DNA of 64,000 bases. It comes from Amphiscolops sp. MND2022 (taxonomy: Eukaryota). The position numbers were made by a program, and so were the translations under genes. The stretch spans positions 21,392,001-21,456,000 of the forward strand of contig OZ076409.1 of the NCBI GenBank assembly GCA_964187785.1, read 5' to 3'. Shown here piece by piece: positions 62,420 to 64,000 of this stretch (position 1 is the first letter of the stretch; each line of letters starts with the position of its first letter). The notes under the pieces are model-generated. The model was not told the origin of the DNA, made no database searches, and saw only the letters and a program-made list of their open reading frames with translations.

Positions 62420-64000
62420 GCAAATGCAGCATAACAGTGCTGAACTTCTTTGTATTGACCACGGGTAGTATTTGCAGATTGCCTCAGCTTATTGTTTCAT
62501 TTTCTCAATTATATTGCTAACATAGGACACTTTTTGTATATTGTTTGCACTACGGCCATTTTGAAAGAATTGGTCCAACTACCATCAAAATATCTGATTA
62601 TGAAATGAAAGCTCTAGTCCTCCTGGCCCTTAGATTTTGCTACTTTCATCCTTTTTCGCAACAATTCCCATTTTTGACCGATGCTAGCCATGTGCAATCA
62701 TTTGAATCGATGGGTTACTGTGCTGACGAGCAGGTCCTTTGGGATCTAGGAGCCGAGACAATTGGCCATTCATTCACTTCAAAGCACTGTAATCATCAAA
62801 CTAATCTACCAAATTCTATCTAAGGTATTGCTTAGCAGCGACAAAACAGCGTCATAATAGTCGCAATGTCGCGAGTTTTCAATCTCGAACGGATCAGCGT
62901 ATAATTTTGGGAAATACTCAAAAAAGCTTAATTCAGTAGTGAATGTAAATAAAATTGAACAATGCAGATTGAATAAAAATCTGAAAACTTGAGTGAAGTC
63001 GTACTTTTATGTTGACCATTTTTTGTGTGCTTTTTCATGTCTGGAATGTCTGAAAAATGTGAAATAAATGGAAAGTTTTCCATGAAACAAGAGAGAATTT
63101 ATGATAATCCTTATATGGCATAGTGGCAACGGAAGATAGATTTATGTGTTAGGCAAGCAATCACGGGGTGTTACCATCCAAGATGGTACGTAATAATTTC
63201 ACCCTGGTGTGTAAATCACGGAAGCTGCCTTGCTTGTGTTCTAAGGCATTAACGGACTATTAGTTTCTTACTCTGCATATGTTGTGTGCAAAAATGACTT
63301 GTTTGGTTATTGTGCCCGTAATAAAACAAGACCTTGGTGCCTATAAAATCATTTTTATAGAAGTCCACATTGGTTGTTCGGTGTGGTTGGGAATATTTTT
63401 TGGCAAATACCTGTCTGTGATGTCATACCTGCGGTGCAGTAGGCGTGGCTTGGCTGAACATTAATGAGCAACAACTGTCGTGAAAAAACAACAGCACGGC
63501 AACTTTGCTTTCTTCATAATGCTCCCTTGTAACTTCGGGGAAGCAATCAAGGGCTTTATTATTGCGACTTCACACGGGGTCGGGTTGCAGTATTTCAAAT
63601 GCACGTAACACCGCGTAACACGGAGAAGACACTTTTTGGTATTCTGGTATTCAACAAACTCTGGAATGGGTATTGCTGGCTAAGGCGACTGGCTAATGCA
63701 AAATGAAATGCGTTGTGCCTTTTCTTAACCATACCTTCATCTCTGGTAGTTCTGAAATGAGGCGAAGCAGCGAATCAGTTTTTATAAGGTTGATTAAATT
63801 CAGATAGCAAGTGTGTGTGTGTTAAGTTGATTACTCTGTGAGGAATTACGACTGCGATCTTTTTTGAAGTTTCTTTGATGTCTTTTTTTAACAGTTTCTT
63901 CCGCATATCTTCGCAAGTTGCCTTCATTAGTAGTTCTTTCCCTTTTCACGCCGGCAGACCGACCAGTGTAGAAAAACCAGATGCAAAGACTTGGGCACTT

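Noticed and set aside
31700..63500. Most 60-130 aa Phe/Lys-rich ORFs in the track
   Set aside because: They are chance frames across A/T-run-rich repeats or antisense to TE coding sequence.

Overview
AT-rich eukaryotic (probably invertebrate animal; inferred) genomic DNA dominated by nested transposable elements. 1-16.7 kb is a retroelement pile-up: a 1574-bp tandem array made from the 3' half of an adjacent CR1/L2-type LINE, a Penelope-like remnant with a decayed hammerhead ribozyme, two more APE/RT-type LINE relics and two CRE-like RT/restriction-endonuclease relics, interrupted by MITEs. 17.2-26.0 kb holds an apparently intact 5-exon host PIF1 helicase gene (649 aa) whose introns contain a BEL/Pao remnant, a third CRE-like relic and non-autonomous elements. 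26.8-64 kb is mostly non-coding, with a few Ser-rich, Tyr-motif exon candidates that all end in phase-1 donors, a hAT transposase fragment and many Helentron/DINE-like non-autonomous elements. The most unusual pattern is modularity among the non-autonomous elements. Rolling-circle-type shells carry different tRNA-like Pol III (A/B-box) cassettes, and unrelated TIR shells share internal cores that carry hairpin+CTAG (Helitron-like 3' end) motifs. All family assignments come from motifs read by eye; no database searches were run.
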